Assembly: GCF_006345805.1 (NCBI RefSeq) | Contig: NC_043018.1 | Span: 1,364,001-1,428,000 of the forward strand | From: Octopus sinensis | Taxonomy: Eukaryota | Reading direction: 5' to 3' | Length of the DNA: 64,000 nt | Part shown: positions 1-12,960 of the stretch, one piece after another | Position numbering within the stretch: the stretch's first letter is position 1 | Layout of the letters: each line of letters opens with the position of its first letter | Made by a program: the position numbers and the translations under genes | Notes under the pieces: generated by a model | The model's database searches: none | What the model was told of the DNA's origin: nothing | Seen by the model: the letters and a program-made list of their open reading frames with translations, nothing else

Positions 1-284
1 CTAAGATGATCCGGTTACCGACTGAAGATTACAGGCTTCGAGTGACCCGTCTGATTTTTGTGTCGTCTCTTTGTGTGGTTTTGCGTTCTTGTCCCACTTT
101 GTAATTTATATTTTATATCTAATTTCTATACATATATATATATATATATCCATATATGCATATATATATGTATTTATATATGTATATTTATCTTCATAAA
201 TATTACTTCTCCTTATTTTCCTCTATATTCCGTATATCCTCAATACCCACGATAATTCGAACTCAAATATTTTGTCACGCCGAT

Positions 285-330
285 TCTCTGATGAAGGGAT
301 AACCATAATATCCCAGTAACAGCTGTAAGA
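285..330 (+). ncRNA. Minimal type I hammerhead motif in a PLE-like end; core mutated
   Basis: tct-CTGATGA-a-GGGAT(aaccataat)ATCCC-a-GTAAC-AGCT-GTA-aga. Stems I and II pair, stem III is the palindrome ACAGCTGT, but GAAA reads GTAA. Confidence 0.65.
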
Positions 331-394
331 CTTCTTCCTTATAAATGTTCGGAAATCTCCTCACAGCCTTGAATTTGTTATCTCCTCTTGTTTC

Positions 395-435
<41 letters not shown>

Positions 436-751
436 TTCCTTCTTTCCTGAGCGGCCAATAATACTATATTTGATTCTACGTCCTCGCGCTAGTGTGTTTT
501 TTTGTGCTTTATATGGATATATGGATATATATATATATATATTTATATGCCATAAATTTTCTGTACATAGATCATTTCTGAAGATTCTTCGAAACAAGAT
601 GAAATCGCGAAACAGATAACTAACCGAAATTCTGACTACCTCCTTCCTCTTAAGATATATACTAAAATATGTACAGCACTTCCAACAAAATACACACACA
701 CACACACGCACACACACATGTATGCATGTATGTAGTGTGCATACGCATATG

Positions 752-811
<60 letters not shown>

Positions 812-1395
812 ACATACAGGTATATACATACACGTACGCGTAGGATTGAATTATACATGTATATACACATGTATATATACATATTATACGTACATACGTA
901 CTTGGAAATATATATTGTAGACAGTGTGTCCATAAATAATTTTTCAAACATCAATATATCATCGTATACATGCGTTGTGATCAGAAAATGTCGCCAAGAT
1001 CGAGGTATTTACATGTTTCTTATAAAATATTTTCTATGTGCTTACGTTTTCCTGTAAAACCTGTTAAGGTGTTTTTGTAACTCATTTTTCTTTCAAATTG
1101 TAAACTTAATATATATAAACAACTTCAGTATCCATGTGTATCCACACTCATTCATATACACACATACAAACATATTTACACACGTGCGCGTGCATGCATA
1201 TACACATACACATACACGCATGAATATATATATATAGAGAAAGTAAACCTCTCCAAAGAGATGTACTTGCATAGCGAGTGACTTGATCTGAGCTTGATCT
1301 GTGCTAGAGCAAAAACAATTGCAGCGTGGAAGGTGTTTATAAGCCATTTAAGAAACACACAAAACCGTTAGATTCACTTCAACATTTACATTTAA

Positions 1396-1440
1396 TTTGC
1401 AAAATATTTTCGTCGCTTTAAGACCGCGATCTGTTCACTG
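1396..1440 (-). ncRNA. Degenerate hammerhead-like motif with GTGAACA core
   Basis: Minus strand reads ca-GTGAACA-gaTCGC(ggtcttaaa)GCGAC-GAAA-ATATT-T-tg, with palindromic stem III AATATT. Confidence 0.4.
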
Positions 1441-1482
1441 AGGAAGCTTCATGCTGTATCTCTTGTTGTATATATATTTATT

Positions 1483-1525
<43 letters not shown>

Positions 1526-2932
1526 TGTGTGGTGTGTGTGTGTATGTGTGTGTGTGTGTCTGTGTGTGTGTGTGTAGATAGATAGATAGATAGATAATTA
1601 CATACATACATAGGTAGATATAAATATACTTATATATATATATATACATATAAACATATATACTTACATTGTTTTACTTCTCTTCCAATCAAGCCATGGA
1701 ACATTGAAATAATACATAATTTTAGCTCCTAGCAATCAACTTCTGCATATAAATCAAAATCAAAACTTGGGATAGGTCTTTTCCTCTATAACAAGTACAT
1801 ACATTGTGTGTGTTAGTATATATATGCATACATATATACATATATATATATGTGTGTGTATACAACTATACACACATATATATATAAATATACGTATAAA
1901 TGTATGTATATATATGTGTGTGTCTGTGTATGTGTTTGTGTGTTAGAGTATGTATATATTCATATAAAAGTGTATATAAATTTCATACAGAGAAATGTAG
2001 TAAACCTCTCCAAAGATTTGCAGGGACGCGTGCAGACATAAGCATATATATATATATTCATATTTATATATTGTTATGCAGCAATTTCATGAAAATAGAA
2101 CCTTATATTGGGAATTATTTTCTGCTTTCTTTATTTTTCCATATCTTCTCAATATAATATATTAGACACCATAAAACGTATTTGTATTATTTATTGCCAA
2201 GGAAATACAAAGCATGCTTTCATTTACATATGAACCTATATACATATAAATATATGTGTGCTTCAATACAAATTTTATATATATAATATTATATATATAT
2301 ATATATTATATATTATATATATATATATAAGCATACGTGCGTGTGTATGTATGTGTGTATGTGTGTTTGTATATATATATATAATATATGGTGTGTAAAT
2401 GTGTGTTTATACTGCATGCCTTCTTGCATATGTTTACGAATATGTAGACCGAAAGATATTTGAAATATCGAGCTTTCAAATGATTTCTGATTTACTGTTT
2501 CTCCTCTTGGAACTATATTCCGTTTTATCGCGAGGAACGGGACGATATTAGTTCATAAATATATTTAAGTAGATAACCCAGTTATGCGAAGGAATTCCGA
2601 GTTACTTTATAAATGAAAGACAATGGCTTTTGCAATGCTATATAGAATTCCCTTGTCCATCGTTTCAAAGTGAATCCTCCAAAATCCTTACGTTTCAGCT
2701 TCTTAATTATTGCTATCTAAATCCAATAAATCGGATATATTCAGCCGCTTGTTTTGTCCCCCATGATCTCCGATTGCGCAGCTCTTTCCAACCGTGGCTA
2801 TCACATATTGCATTCATGCATGTTGTGTGTATATATATTTATATATATATATATATACATTATATATACATATATATATATATATACATATATATGTATT
2901 TATATATATATACATATATATGTATATATATG

Positions 2933-2980
<48 letters not shown>

Positions 2981-2995
2981 ATATACATATATATG

Positions 2996-3044
<49 letters not shown>

Positions 3045-3897
3045 TTATGTATGTATGTATAAACAATATGCCTGTCTTCAAGTTATAAAACTTTCTATTA
3101 AGGGTTTACTGTTATTTCTAGTAAAATGCCCTACCATATATTTGCTCACATTTTCATTTTGCTGGTTTATGCGAATATGTGCTTATGCGTGTGCGCGTGC
3201 GAGTGGTTGGGTCCCTGTGTGAGTCAGTGTTGAAGTGTGTGTCAATGGGTCTGTATGTCTGTATGATACGGTTAGGAAAATGGAGGGAAAAATGTGTGAG
3301 GGAGGAGAAGAGAGAATGGAGTGAGATGGGGATTATGGGAGTGGAGACGATGTAATATGGAATGAAAGAGAGAGACGTGGGAAGAAGGAGGGATTTGGAG
3401 AGAGGTATGGAGGTTACGAAAGTGAGTTTGGTATCGGCACATTGAACGCATTGAAGAAATGAAGGGCACTAACTGCATACTGTGTCACTCTCAATGTAAC
3501 TTCATGTCACATGTACACACGGAACGCTTATATATTAGAATGCAATACGTTAATACAGATATGTTCTCCTGAGACACGGAGCAGCTATATGCGTGTGTAC
3601 ATACAGATATAGTGTTGAGTGCGCGTATGTAATCAGGTAAGTATATGTATGCACACACACACACAGACATACACACATACACACAAATATATGTGATGGC
3701 CTCTCCGTGAGCATTCAGCTTTTGCCAAACGACCTCCACAAAGGACTTGTTCATAGTGATCATATCTCCACTTAGTCCATCAAATTAACATAGTCTGAAT
3801 AGAAACACGGTGCACCACGCGTCGGGTCTCGAAATGAGACATTGTGAAACAGAATAAGCATGAAACTACGCGACCTCGTCTTTATATACATATACAT

Positions 3898-4424
<527 letters not shown>

Positions 4425-4438
4425 TATATATATGTATG

Positions 4439-5290
4439 CAGGGTTTGTACAAAATAATTGAAACACCTAAAAGTTGTTTTTTTTAATACTTTTAATATGT
4501 GGAAGGACTGCCTTTGATAGTAATTTCAGCTTCAGTTCTATGAGGTATGGACTCGTACAAATTTTGAAGTGTTTCCAAAGTAATTTTTGTTCATTCTTTA
4601 GCTAAAACAGTCTCTAGTTCTTGTAGTGACGATGGATGAAGATGTCGACTCATTACTTGTTTTTCGAAAATACCGTATAAATGTGCAAGAATATTGATAT
4701 CTGGTAACTGTGTTGGCCAGATAAGATCATCTTCACTAGAATGTTCCTGGTGCCTTTCAGTAACAACTTTAGCTGTATGAATTGGTGAATATTATTCTGA
4801 AAATTTACGTTCCTCTCCGGAAACTGTTTCGCAAACATAGGATGAATTTGATCAGATAATATGCTTAAATAGTCTTGACTATTAACTCTGCCATGAAGCG
4901 AAACCATTGGGCCGGTGGATTTCCAAGATATAGCCTCCCACCAGATGATCACAGATCTCATTCGATGTCTTACAGTTGTAAGAAGGCTGTCTGTGTCAAA
5001 TGCTTCTTTTGGCTGTATCCAAACGTATACTCGGCCGATGGTCGGAAATAGGGTAAAGGATAACTCGTCCGCGAAAATAACATTCTTCCACTGCTCTAGG
5101 GACCAATTATGTAGGTAAGTGTGAAGTAGGTATCAGACAAGTAGGTGTCATCATACGCTACACAGTTTGAAGTAGGTATCAGACAAGTAGGTGTCATCAT
5201 ACGCTACACAGTTTTCTTCCAAGCACTTCTGTAAGCAGCGAGAGCTAGAACATTAAAACTTAGTACGTCTTCATACCAGAGTTCAAGGTC
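4439..5290 (-). pseudogene. Tc1-like DDE transposase relic with one TIR
   Basis: Minus frame NWSLEQWKNVIFADELSFTLFPTIGRVYVW...WEAISWKSTGPMVSLHGRVNSQDY..., then after a frameshift HLIWPTQLPDINILAHL. TIR-like cagggtttgtacaaaataattgaaacacc at 4439. Confidence 0.85.
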
Positions 5291-5426
5291 AAACTTTGTC
5301 TAGCGGTTTTACTCTGCGTGCGGTCACTTCGTTACTCTGGCAAAACAAACTATATATATATATATATATGGATATATGGAGAGAGAGATTGATATATATA
5401 TAGATAGATAGATGGATAGATAGATG

Positions 5427-5509
<83 letters not shown>

Positions 5510-5514
5510 GGATA

Positions 5515-5820
5515 GGTGCAGGAGTGACTGTGTGGTAAGTAGCTTGCTTACCAACCACATGGTTCCGGGTTCAGTCCCACTACGTCGCATCTTGGACAAA
5601 TGTCTTCTGATATAGCCTCGGGCCGACCAATGCCTTGTGAGTGGATGCTGGTTTGTTTATGTTCCCGTCACTTAGCGGTTCGGTAAAAGAGACCGATAGA
5701 ATAAGTACTGGGCTTACAAAGAATAAGTCCTGGGGGGTCGATTTGCTTGACTAAAGGCGCTGCTCCACCATGGCCGCAGTCAAATTACTGAAACAAGTAA
5801 AAGAGAGAAAAGAGAAAGAG
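5515..5820 (+). mobile_element. SINE A with internal deletion
   Basis: The 5' and 3' arms are joined as gtggat|gctgg and the microsatellite middle is missing. Confidence 0.85.
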
Positions 5821-6279
5821 ATAGATAGATAGATAGACGTAACTATCTCTATCTTTCTCTTTACACACACATACACACACATTTATATATGTGCAAATAT
5901 GAATCTGCATGCAGTGGGGAATCTGAAATATGCATTCTCTGAATATGTCTACGGGGATCTTATGAATTTCAAATACAGTCACCATAACTAAAATTTGAAA
6001 CGAAATTATAAGCAATTAAATTTAAAAACACGGGGAAGAAAAACAATACTTCCAGGCATTAAAAGATGTAAAATTGTGTTGAAATAATGAGTAATAATTA
6101 GTAAATCGAAACGCTGAATTCAATTTGAAAAACATATATAAATTGGGAAACGTAAAAAAAAAAAATGTATGCAACAGGAAATTATAAATTTTATGGGATG
6201 CAAAACCAAGATGTTAGGATGCATGTTTGAAGAAAATGGTTGAAGAAAATGTAAGTGATGGTATTCCCGGGAAATATTC

Positions 6280-6545
6280 AAGTACCAAAAATATTATGTG
6301 ATCTATGACGAATTGTGGAAAATACGAAGGCTGTTGCCAATGAAGGGATTAGACGTGATACCAATGGTAATTGGTGCATTTGGAAGTATCAGCACTCAAC
6401 TACTAACATGGGAGAAATAGACTGGTGTAAGTCTGAATGCACTACACCTATAAAACCCAGAATTGCTTAGAACTGCAAGGTTTCTTTGCAGGGTTCTTAA
6501 AGCATGACCAGTAACCAAGTGTCACCTTAGTCTGTTAGCTGTGTT
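6280..6545 (+). pseudogene. R4/Dong-like LINE C-terminal fragment
   Basis: WKIRRLLPMKGLDVIPMVIGAFGSISTQLLTW...LLRTARFLCRVLKA*, homologous to 12700-12900. Confidence 0.75.
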
Positions 6546-6974
6546 TTGTTTCTCCCTTCATAGCAAATAGTCATGCTGGTTTCATATTTTGGGGCATGGC
6601 CTGCAAGTTTAGGATTTAGTGGTAGGTCAAGTACATCGATCTTATTGCTCCAATAGAGCAATTGGATCGACCTTGCTAATGAAAGTCAACCGTTGCGGAT
6701 TTTTTTTTTTTTTACTCAGAATGTAAAGACGGACGAAATGCGACGAAGCGTTTTCTTTCTTCTTTCATTTTTGGTTTTGAAATGTTGAAGAAGTTTAAGA
6801 GGACACCGGAGGGTAAGAACGTTCAACACGTTCGAATGCAGTCAGAAACTAGGGAAATAGAGTTTCATCTACTTAGAGAAATGTCACATGAAGTCACCAA
6901 TAATTATCTAACTATCTAACGACTTACTTTTCCTTAAAATGAGTGTGTGTGTATATATATATATATATATATTA

Positions 6975-7286
6975 TTCTATTTATGCACCCTTTTCAAACC
7001 TAGCCAGGCTCATGGACCCGATTTCTCGGTTTCTATGGTGTATGTGTTCCCCCCCAGCTGGATGGGACGCCAGTCCATCGCAGCGTTACTCAAGAAACAT
7101 GAAGAAAGAGTGAGAGAAAGTTGGGGTGAGAGAGTAAAACAGGGGTTGCCACCATCCCCTGCCCGAGCCTCGTGGAGCTTTAGGTGTTTTCGCTGAATAA
7201 ACACACACAACGCCCTGTCTGGGAATCGAAACCGCGATCCTCAGACCGCGGGTCCGCTGCCCTAATCACTGGGCCATTGCTCCTCC
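6975..7286 (-). mobile_element. SINE C head/body with an alternative, V-domain-like 3' tail
   Basis: Same head as family C up to ...ctctcactctttcttcatgtttct, then ctgcgatggactggcgtcccatccagctgggggg...agaaaccgag instead of the usual tail. Confidence 0.75.
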
Positions 7287-7402
7287 TATATATACATATA
7301 TTTATTTGCATATGTTTTACATAGAAGAAACGAATTAGTAATGACCATATTTTTATCCTTTGTCCAGCAATGCTAGTTATACCAACGTTATATCTGGCGC
7401 AG

Positions 7403-7751
7403 GACTCGCGGTCATAGGATTGCGGTTTCGATTCCCAGACCGGGCGTTGTGGGTGTTTATTGAGCGAAAACACCTAAAGCTCCACGAGGCTCTGGCAGGG
7501 GATGGTGGTGATCCCTGCTGTACTCTTTCACCACAACTTTCTCTCACTCTTACTTCCTGTTTCTGTTGCACCTGTATTTCAAAGGGCCGGCCTTGTCACT
7601 CTCTGTGTCACGCTGAATATCCCCGAGAACTATGTTAAGGGTACACGTGTCTGTGGAGTGCTCAGCCACTTACACGTTAATTTCACGAGCAAGCTGTTCC
7701 GTTGATTCGGATCAACCGGAACTTCGTCGTCGTAACCGACGGAGTGCTTCC
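7403..7751 (+). mobile_element. SINE C, 5'-truncated, 13-bp TSD
   Basis: TSD atatctggcgcag at 7390-7402 and 7752-7764; tail ...accgacggagtgcttcc. Confidence 0.9.
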
Positions 7752-8161
7752 ATATCTGGCGCAGACTTACATGATCACTCGATCTTCTATGCTACGATGT
7801 TTTATTAATTTGCATGAAGTTGTAATGTGATATCTGATAAAGATTTAAAGAAAACCATGACTAATTTATCAGTTCGAAAGCTGAACATTACGAACAGCAG
7901 CAATTACACCAATATCTATAATTAAAGCGGCGCCCCCAGGCACCACTAACACAGTCATTCCCATTGGTACCACCATCACTAGTATTACAATCATCAGTAT
8001 AAACTGTACAGGACACTACTGCAAATATGAAATTAGCGCAGCCTCAAACTTTAGCGGCACTGCCCCTATTTCACCAACAGCATAGACGTAGCCACCATAG
8101 TAACCAATACACAACAAAGGATAGCTTCAGCATCACCCTTATCCTTATTAATTTTACTACA

Positions 8162-8325
8162 GGCTTAGGAGTGGCTGTGTTCTAAGTAGTTTGCTTACGA
8201 ACCACGTGGTTACAAGTTCAGTCCTACTGCCTGATACCTTGGGCAAATATATTCTACTATAGCCTCGGCCGACCAAAGACTTGTGAGTGAATTTTGTAGA
8301 CGGAAAATGAAAGAAGCCCGTCGTA

Positions 8326-8371
<46 letters not shown>

Positions 8372-8787
8372 AATAAATATAAGAGAGTGGTCACTATGTG
8401 GCTCACTCTAGCACTAGTAATAGATCCAATAGGTTTCAACCACAAAAATACATGTTTCCCATGAAAGTCAGTACGATTGTTAGCTCACACGAACAGGGCA
8501 AATAAAAAATAACAAAAATACAGATTATTTTGGGACAATTGTTTCGCTATTAATGAATTAAATGTAATTTTATTCACAATAACTCACTTGTAGCTCCTCA
8601 GCCAAAACTATCTGGATGAAATCCACTCAATCACACGCCAAATTTTACCATAACGATAAATACACGTGTGGTTCAATTGATTACATCCGACGTTATAATT
8701 CAAATGCCCCTACCAACAGCGCGCCAAACTTTCACGGTTGAATAGGTATACTATTAAATTAGTATCTAATTCTCTCACCCTTATTAA

Positions 8788-8842
<55 letters not shown>

Positions 8843-9110
8843 GTGTATATGTTTGTGTGTCTGTGTTGTCGTATATATGTATATATATGTATGTGCGTGT
8901 ATGTTTGTGTGTCTGTGTTTGTCCCCCTAGCATTGTTTGATAACCGATGCTGGTGTGTTTACGTCCCCGTAACTTAGCAATTCCGTAAAAGAGTCTGATA
9001 GTATAAGTACTAGGATTACAAAGAATAAGTCATGGGGTCGATTTGCTCGACAAAGGCGGTGCTCCAGCATGGCCACAGTCATATGACTGAAACAAGTAAA
9101 AGAGTCAAAG
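8162..9110 (+). mobile_element. SINE A split by a ~410-bp insertion in its internal microsatellite
   Basis: 5' arm 8162-8325, 3' arm about 8890-9110, insert about 8375-8785. Confidence 0.8.
8375..8785 (-). mobile_element. Non-autonomous (TA)n-associated element, same family as 43822-44251
   Basis: Shares both ends (taataagggtgaga.aatt.gatactaatttaatagta and gctagagt...cacatagt...actctcttata) and the internal ttaatagcgaaacaattgtcc block. Confidence 0.75.
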
Positions 9111-10060
9111 AATATCAAGACCAGGATCGAATTCACCACTAACACAAGGTGTATCCAAGCAACTACCACACCATCAAACCCCGCCACTGCTACCACAACT
9201 ATCGTTTCCACCATCAACCCCATTCCGACCAAGATACTACAACCGCGACAAAAACTACACCAGGCACCAAAGAAGGAAAATCGTCATCCCCACCGTCATG
9301 GAGGCCATCATTACAAAGGTTATGATGTTCAGTTGTAACAGCAACACTACCGACAGCAGAACCACCAACAACAACAAAACCACGACCGAAAGCACAACCA
9401 CCGCTACAGCTACGACTGCCATTGTCTTTATCAGCACCATCACAAACCCCCACCACAACTACTGCGGACACCACCGAAACCAACGTCGCCACCGCCGCCA
9501 CAAACATGATCATTGTTATCATCAAGACCACAAGCTCCAACCACGATCACTGATAATGTTACCGTTACCATCAACACCACACCACCAGCATCATCACCAA
9601 CGCAACCACCACCACCGCCACCAACACCAATACAACCACAACTACAGTTATCTTTATCTGCACCGTCGCAACCACCACCACACACAGGACCATCACCGTC
9701 GTCAAGACCACAGACTCCACCATGACCAATAATAACATCACTACGACCACCACAACCACCACCACCACCAACACCACACCACTAGCATCATCATCAACGC
9801 AACCACCACCACCAACAACAACGCCAACGCAACCACCACCACCACCACCACCACCAATACCACCACAACTACAGTTATCTTTATCAACACCATCGCAACC
9901 ACCGCCACAAACAGGACCATCACCGTCGTCAAGACCACAGACTCCACCACGACCAATAATAACATCACTTCGACGACCACCACCACCACCACCACCAACA
10001 CTACACCACCAGTACCATCGCCAATACAAACACCTCAACCACTATTCTAGATCGAAGTCA
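9110..10060. repeat. CAC/CAA-rich low-complexity tract containing ~230-bp tandem units
   Basis: ctacagttatctttatc...caggaccatcaccgtcgtcaagaccacagactccacc at 9642 and 9869; a degenerate unit at about 9404. Confidence 0.8.
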
Positions 10061-10495
10061 AGATGTATAAGTCTTATGGAATCGAGATTTTGATAAGATT
10101 ACGTCTGGCCAAATTTCCTCTAACTTCTACAGACAAATATTCTTGTAACTTACTGACTGTCGTGTTCTTCATATAAATGCGGCTGTGGGTATTGTTGGCA
10201 TTGTTGATGCTATTGCTGTTGTAGTTGGTGATATGCTCGTTGAAGTTTTGTTTCTGACCTTTTGTTCTTTGCTTTTATTGTACGAATGTTTCACCCGTTG
10301 TCGTTTTTGCTGTGATCGTTAATATAGATTTTATACTTATTGTTGCTGTGGCTCTTCGTGTCTGTTGATGTTGCTTTTTTGCTGTCGTGGCTGTTGCTGT
10401 GAGTGTCGGTGAAATTGCAGTTGTTGTTATCGTTGTTATTGTTGCTGTTGCTACGGTTGAATTCGTTCAATGTTACTATTATTACACTTGTTGCG

Positions 10496-10726
10496 GGCGG
10501 CGAGCTGGCAGAAACGTTAGCGCGCCGGGCGAAATGCTTCGCGGTATTTCGTCTGTCGTTACGTTCTGAGTTCAAATTCCACCGAGGTCGACTTTGCCTT
10601 TCACCCTTTCGGGATCGATAAATAAAGTACCAGTTTAGCACTGGGGTCAATGTAATCGACTTAATCCCTTTGTCTGTCCTTGTTTGTTCTCTCTATGTTT
10701 AGCCCCTTGTGGGCAGTAAAGAAATA
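10496..10726 (+). mobile_element. SINE family B (tRNA-like head, Nin/Deu-like core)
   Basis: ggcggcgagctggcagaaacgttagc...gagttcaaattcc (B box)...gaggtcgactttgcctttca.cctttcggg.tcgataaataaagtaccag...aaagaaata. Further copies at 42691-42934, 52575-52804 and 54534-54764. Confidence 0.9.
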
Positions 10727-11587
10727 TATACTTGTTGGTAAGGTGGCCAAGTTACACAATCGTTACCGCGCCAGTTAAAATGCATAACGGCGCTTTCCAT
10801 TCTTTGTTCAAATGCTGCCTTGGTCAACTTTGCTTTCCATCATTTCAGAGTCGATAAAATAAGTACCGTTTTAGAACTAGAACCTATGTAATCAACTTAC
10901 TCCCTCCCCCAAACTTACTGGCCTCTTCCCACGATTTGAAGCCGATGTTTATGTATTCATTATCAATGGCATACAACGCAGCTGCAGTGTTTGTGGGTCT
11001 TATATGTTCTCCAGTTGTGACTGGTGTCATTGATGTTACAACAGTTGTTGCGGTGCAAGATGTTGAGATTGTTGCCTTTTCTGGGAATATGGTTAATGCT
11101 GTAAATCTGGTTATATTGCCGTGGGAATTCTATTCACGTTCCTCTGATTGAGGCTGTGTGCTTTTAAATCTCGTTGCTGCTGCGATGATTGTTGATGACT
11201 TTGTCGTTGATGTTACTTTAGTCTGTGGTATTTCGGTTGATATCGTGTTTATAGACCCTGCAATTGCACATTTATTTCTATATTTCTTATCACTGTTAAT
11301 AGTGTTGCTATTTGTTGTTGCCGCTGTTGTCTCAGATTATGATTGTTTTAATATTTCGAGGCGTTCAGAATTAGAGGTACGTGGATTACATCGACCCTAG
11401 TGCTCAAATGTTAATTATTTCATCGACCCCGAAAGGATGAGGAGCAAATTCAACCTCGACGGAATTTGAGATCAGATTATAATGGCAAACGAAATATCGC
11501 TAAACCCGGCTTCTAAAGATTCTGCCGCCTCGCCGCCTTAATAATAATAATAAGACTGTATCTAAGCAGAGTAAAACAGCTTAGGTT

Positions 11588-12960
11588 TTGTATATAATAA
11601 ATACTGTAGAGCCATTACTGAAACACACGAAGAAGGCCGGCGGCATCAAAACTGAGAATTTTGTAATAAAAGAAAAAATTAAACAAATGAGCGAAACAAA
11701 AAAAAAGCAGCATGGGACGAGAAAAATGCACAGTCAATTTGCAAGTGATTCGAACGCCAAAACAGATACAGAAGGCTGGCGGTTATGGATGAAGTGGCGT
11801 GACTTGAAGATAGAGACAGAATCACTTATATGTGCAGCTCAAGTACAAGTGTTAACGACCAGCTATATGAAGTGCAGAGCAGACAACGCTACTAATAACA
11901 ACAAATTCAGGATGTGTGGTGAAAGGAATGAAGCGGTAGGACACATCGTGGTGAGCTGGCAGAAACGTTAGCGCGCCGGGCGAAATGCTGAGCGGTAATT
12001 CGTCTGCCGTTACGTTCTGAGTTTAAATTCCGCCGAGGTCGATTTTGCCTTTCATCCTTCGGGGTCGATTAAATAAGTACCAGTTTCGCACTGGGGTCGA
12101 TATAATCGACTTAATCCGTTTGTCTGTCCTTGTTTGTTCTCTCTATGCTTAGCCCCTTGTGGGCAGTAAAGAAATAGGTATTCCGTCTGCCGCTACGTTC
12201 TGAGTTCCGCCGAGGTCGACTTTGCCTTTCATCCTTTCGGAGTCGATTAAATAAGTACCAGTTGCGCACTGGGGTCGATATAATCGACTTAATCCGTTTG
12301 TTTGTCCTTGTTTGTTCTCTCTATGTTTAGCCCCTTGTGGGTAGTAAAGAAATAGGTATGACGCATCGTTTGTGAATGCCCAAAACTGGCACAACGCGAA
12401 TACAATAGGATGCATGACAATGTGGCACGAATTATCAATAGCGCGCTCTCTGGAAATCCCGGTTTGCAAAGAGGTGGTATGTGAAAAGCCCAGAAGGAAG
12501 CACCGAGAACGAGAATAGCAAAATGCTATGGGATGGAATGATTCAATGCTATCATGGGACCGGTCATAGGAAACCGAACATTGTTGTTGTGGAGAATATA
12601 GAAAAAGTAAGTTGCATGATAATCTAGAAAGCATGCCCCAGTGACAACAGGATCAGTGACAAAGAAGAAAATATAAACAACTATGATGATCTGAAGTGGG
12701 AAATACGAAGGTTGTGGTTGAGGTCAATGAAGAGATTAGACGTTATATCAATAGTAATTTGTGCAATAGGAAGTATCGGCACTCAATTACCAACGTGGTT
12801 GAAAATGACCAGTGCAAGTGTGAAGGTAGAACACCTACAAGAATCAGCATTTCCAGGAACTGCAAGAATTCCTTACAAGATTCTTGAAGCACGACTCCCC
12901 TCAGTCTGTTGGTTGTGGACAGCTGACAGGTTCCATCAGACCCAGGAAAATAGGTTGTGA
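11588..12960 (+). pseudogene. R4/Dong-clade (RLE-type) non-LTR retrotransposon 3' fragment, interrupted by SINE B
   Basis: LKIETESLICAAQVQVLTTSYMK; zinc knuckle RMCGERNEAVGH|IVCECPKLAQREYNRMHDNVAR; endonuclease region KMLWDGMIQC...RKPNIVVV...YDDLKWEIRRLW...VISIVICAIG. Stops and frameshifts present. Confidence 0.85.
11950..12359 (+). mobile_element. SINE B head-to-tail dimer with ~10-bp TSD
   Basis: TSD gacacatcgt (11940-11949) / gacgcatcgt (12360-12369); internal junction aaagaaata|ggtattccgtctg. Confidence 0.9.

Noticed and set aside
7360-7705. Recurrent ORFs such as MVVIPAVLFHHNFLSLLLPVSV and FIERKHLKLHE
   Set aside because: They recur because they lie within SINE C copies; there is no sign of coding function.
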